Shown in pieces: positions 53,401 to 64,000 of a stretch of 64,000 nt of DNA. The number at the start of each line of letters is the position of its first letter. Within the stretch, counting starts at the first letter, position 1. This DNA comes from Tubulanus polymorphus. Its lineage: Eukaryota > Animalia > Nemertea. The notes under the pieces were generated by a model that worked only from the letters and a program-made list of their open reading frames with translations, had not been told where the DNA came from and did not search any database. Location of the stretch: the NCBI RefSeq assembly GCF_964204645.1, contig NC_134026.1, forward strand, positions 24,586,150 through 24,650,149, in the 5' to 3' direction. Position numbers and translations under genes: made by a program.

Positions 53401-53536
53401 ATGATTGTAGTGTTTTACAGTATCACTATTCAATATTTCAAGTTCTAATTGCCTATTAGCCATGATATGCGAGTTCAACACAATGAAGCTGCAAGTGTGT
53501 AGCTACCTGGTACACTATTTTGTTTTATGAACACAT

Positions 53537-63535
<9,999 letters not shown>

Positions 63536-64000
63536 AGATATACAAACAAAATGAAAATCAAACAGAAGCCTTATTAGTGCATGTTGAATCAACACGAACA
63601 GTAATGAACACAGGCATCGCAATAGAAGTCTGGGAAATAAATTTCCCTGAGAGCGCAAGCGAATTTCAAATGGGGCACTAATCAACTTGTCACTGTGATA
63701 TGTTCATGCTCTGCTCAACAAAACGATTGCTGCTTGGAAATGTGATTAAAATTCTTGCCACGAGCTGTTTCAATGAAATGGTAGCTTGAAAATTATGGCG
63801 CTACGCGACAAGACTGATTTTACATGGAATGTGAAAGAAGAATGCGCACAGAATTATCCAACAAATGTCCCAGAAATCAACAATTCCTTTACAAAAAACA
63901 GTCATTGGGTCAACATGAATACTTTGAGAGTAATACTTGACAAATTGCGAAGCTAGTAAAACATAGGAATAGTGAAATGAGCTGGTGAGGAGCTACTCAA

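Overview
AT-rich, gene-dense eukaryotic DNA from an invertebrate bilaterian with mostly 50-100 nt GT-AG introns. It is not prokaryotic, and most six-frame ORFs are exon fragments or noise. I assembled thirteen genes by hand, in perfectly alternating orientation: KAT14(-, runs off left) / MS4A-like(+); MPV17L2-like(-) / NDUFB6(+); LIS1-PAFAH1B1(-) / METTL16(+); CLUH(-) / GLE1(+); DNAJB-type Hsp40(-) / TECR(+); CFAP57(-) / ALKBH7(+); MAST kinase(-, runs off right). Non-coding signals read from the sequence: two paralogous H/ACA snoRNAs in CLUH introns whose 3' pockets fit one conserved 28S rRNA site; a candidate C/D RNA in a METTL16 intron; a 183-bp palindrome of two degenerate Penelope-type hammerhead ribozymes; a strand-specific structured element in the inferred LIS1 3'UTR; a microexon/uORF arrangement in the METTL16 leader; several MITEs; and HSE, X-box, B-box and CTCF-like motifs. 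Gene names and human synteny come from recalled family knowledge, not database searches. Exon boundaries are manual and approximate.
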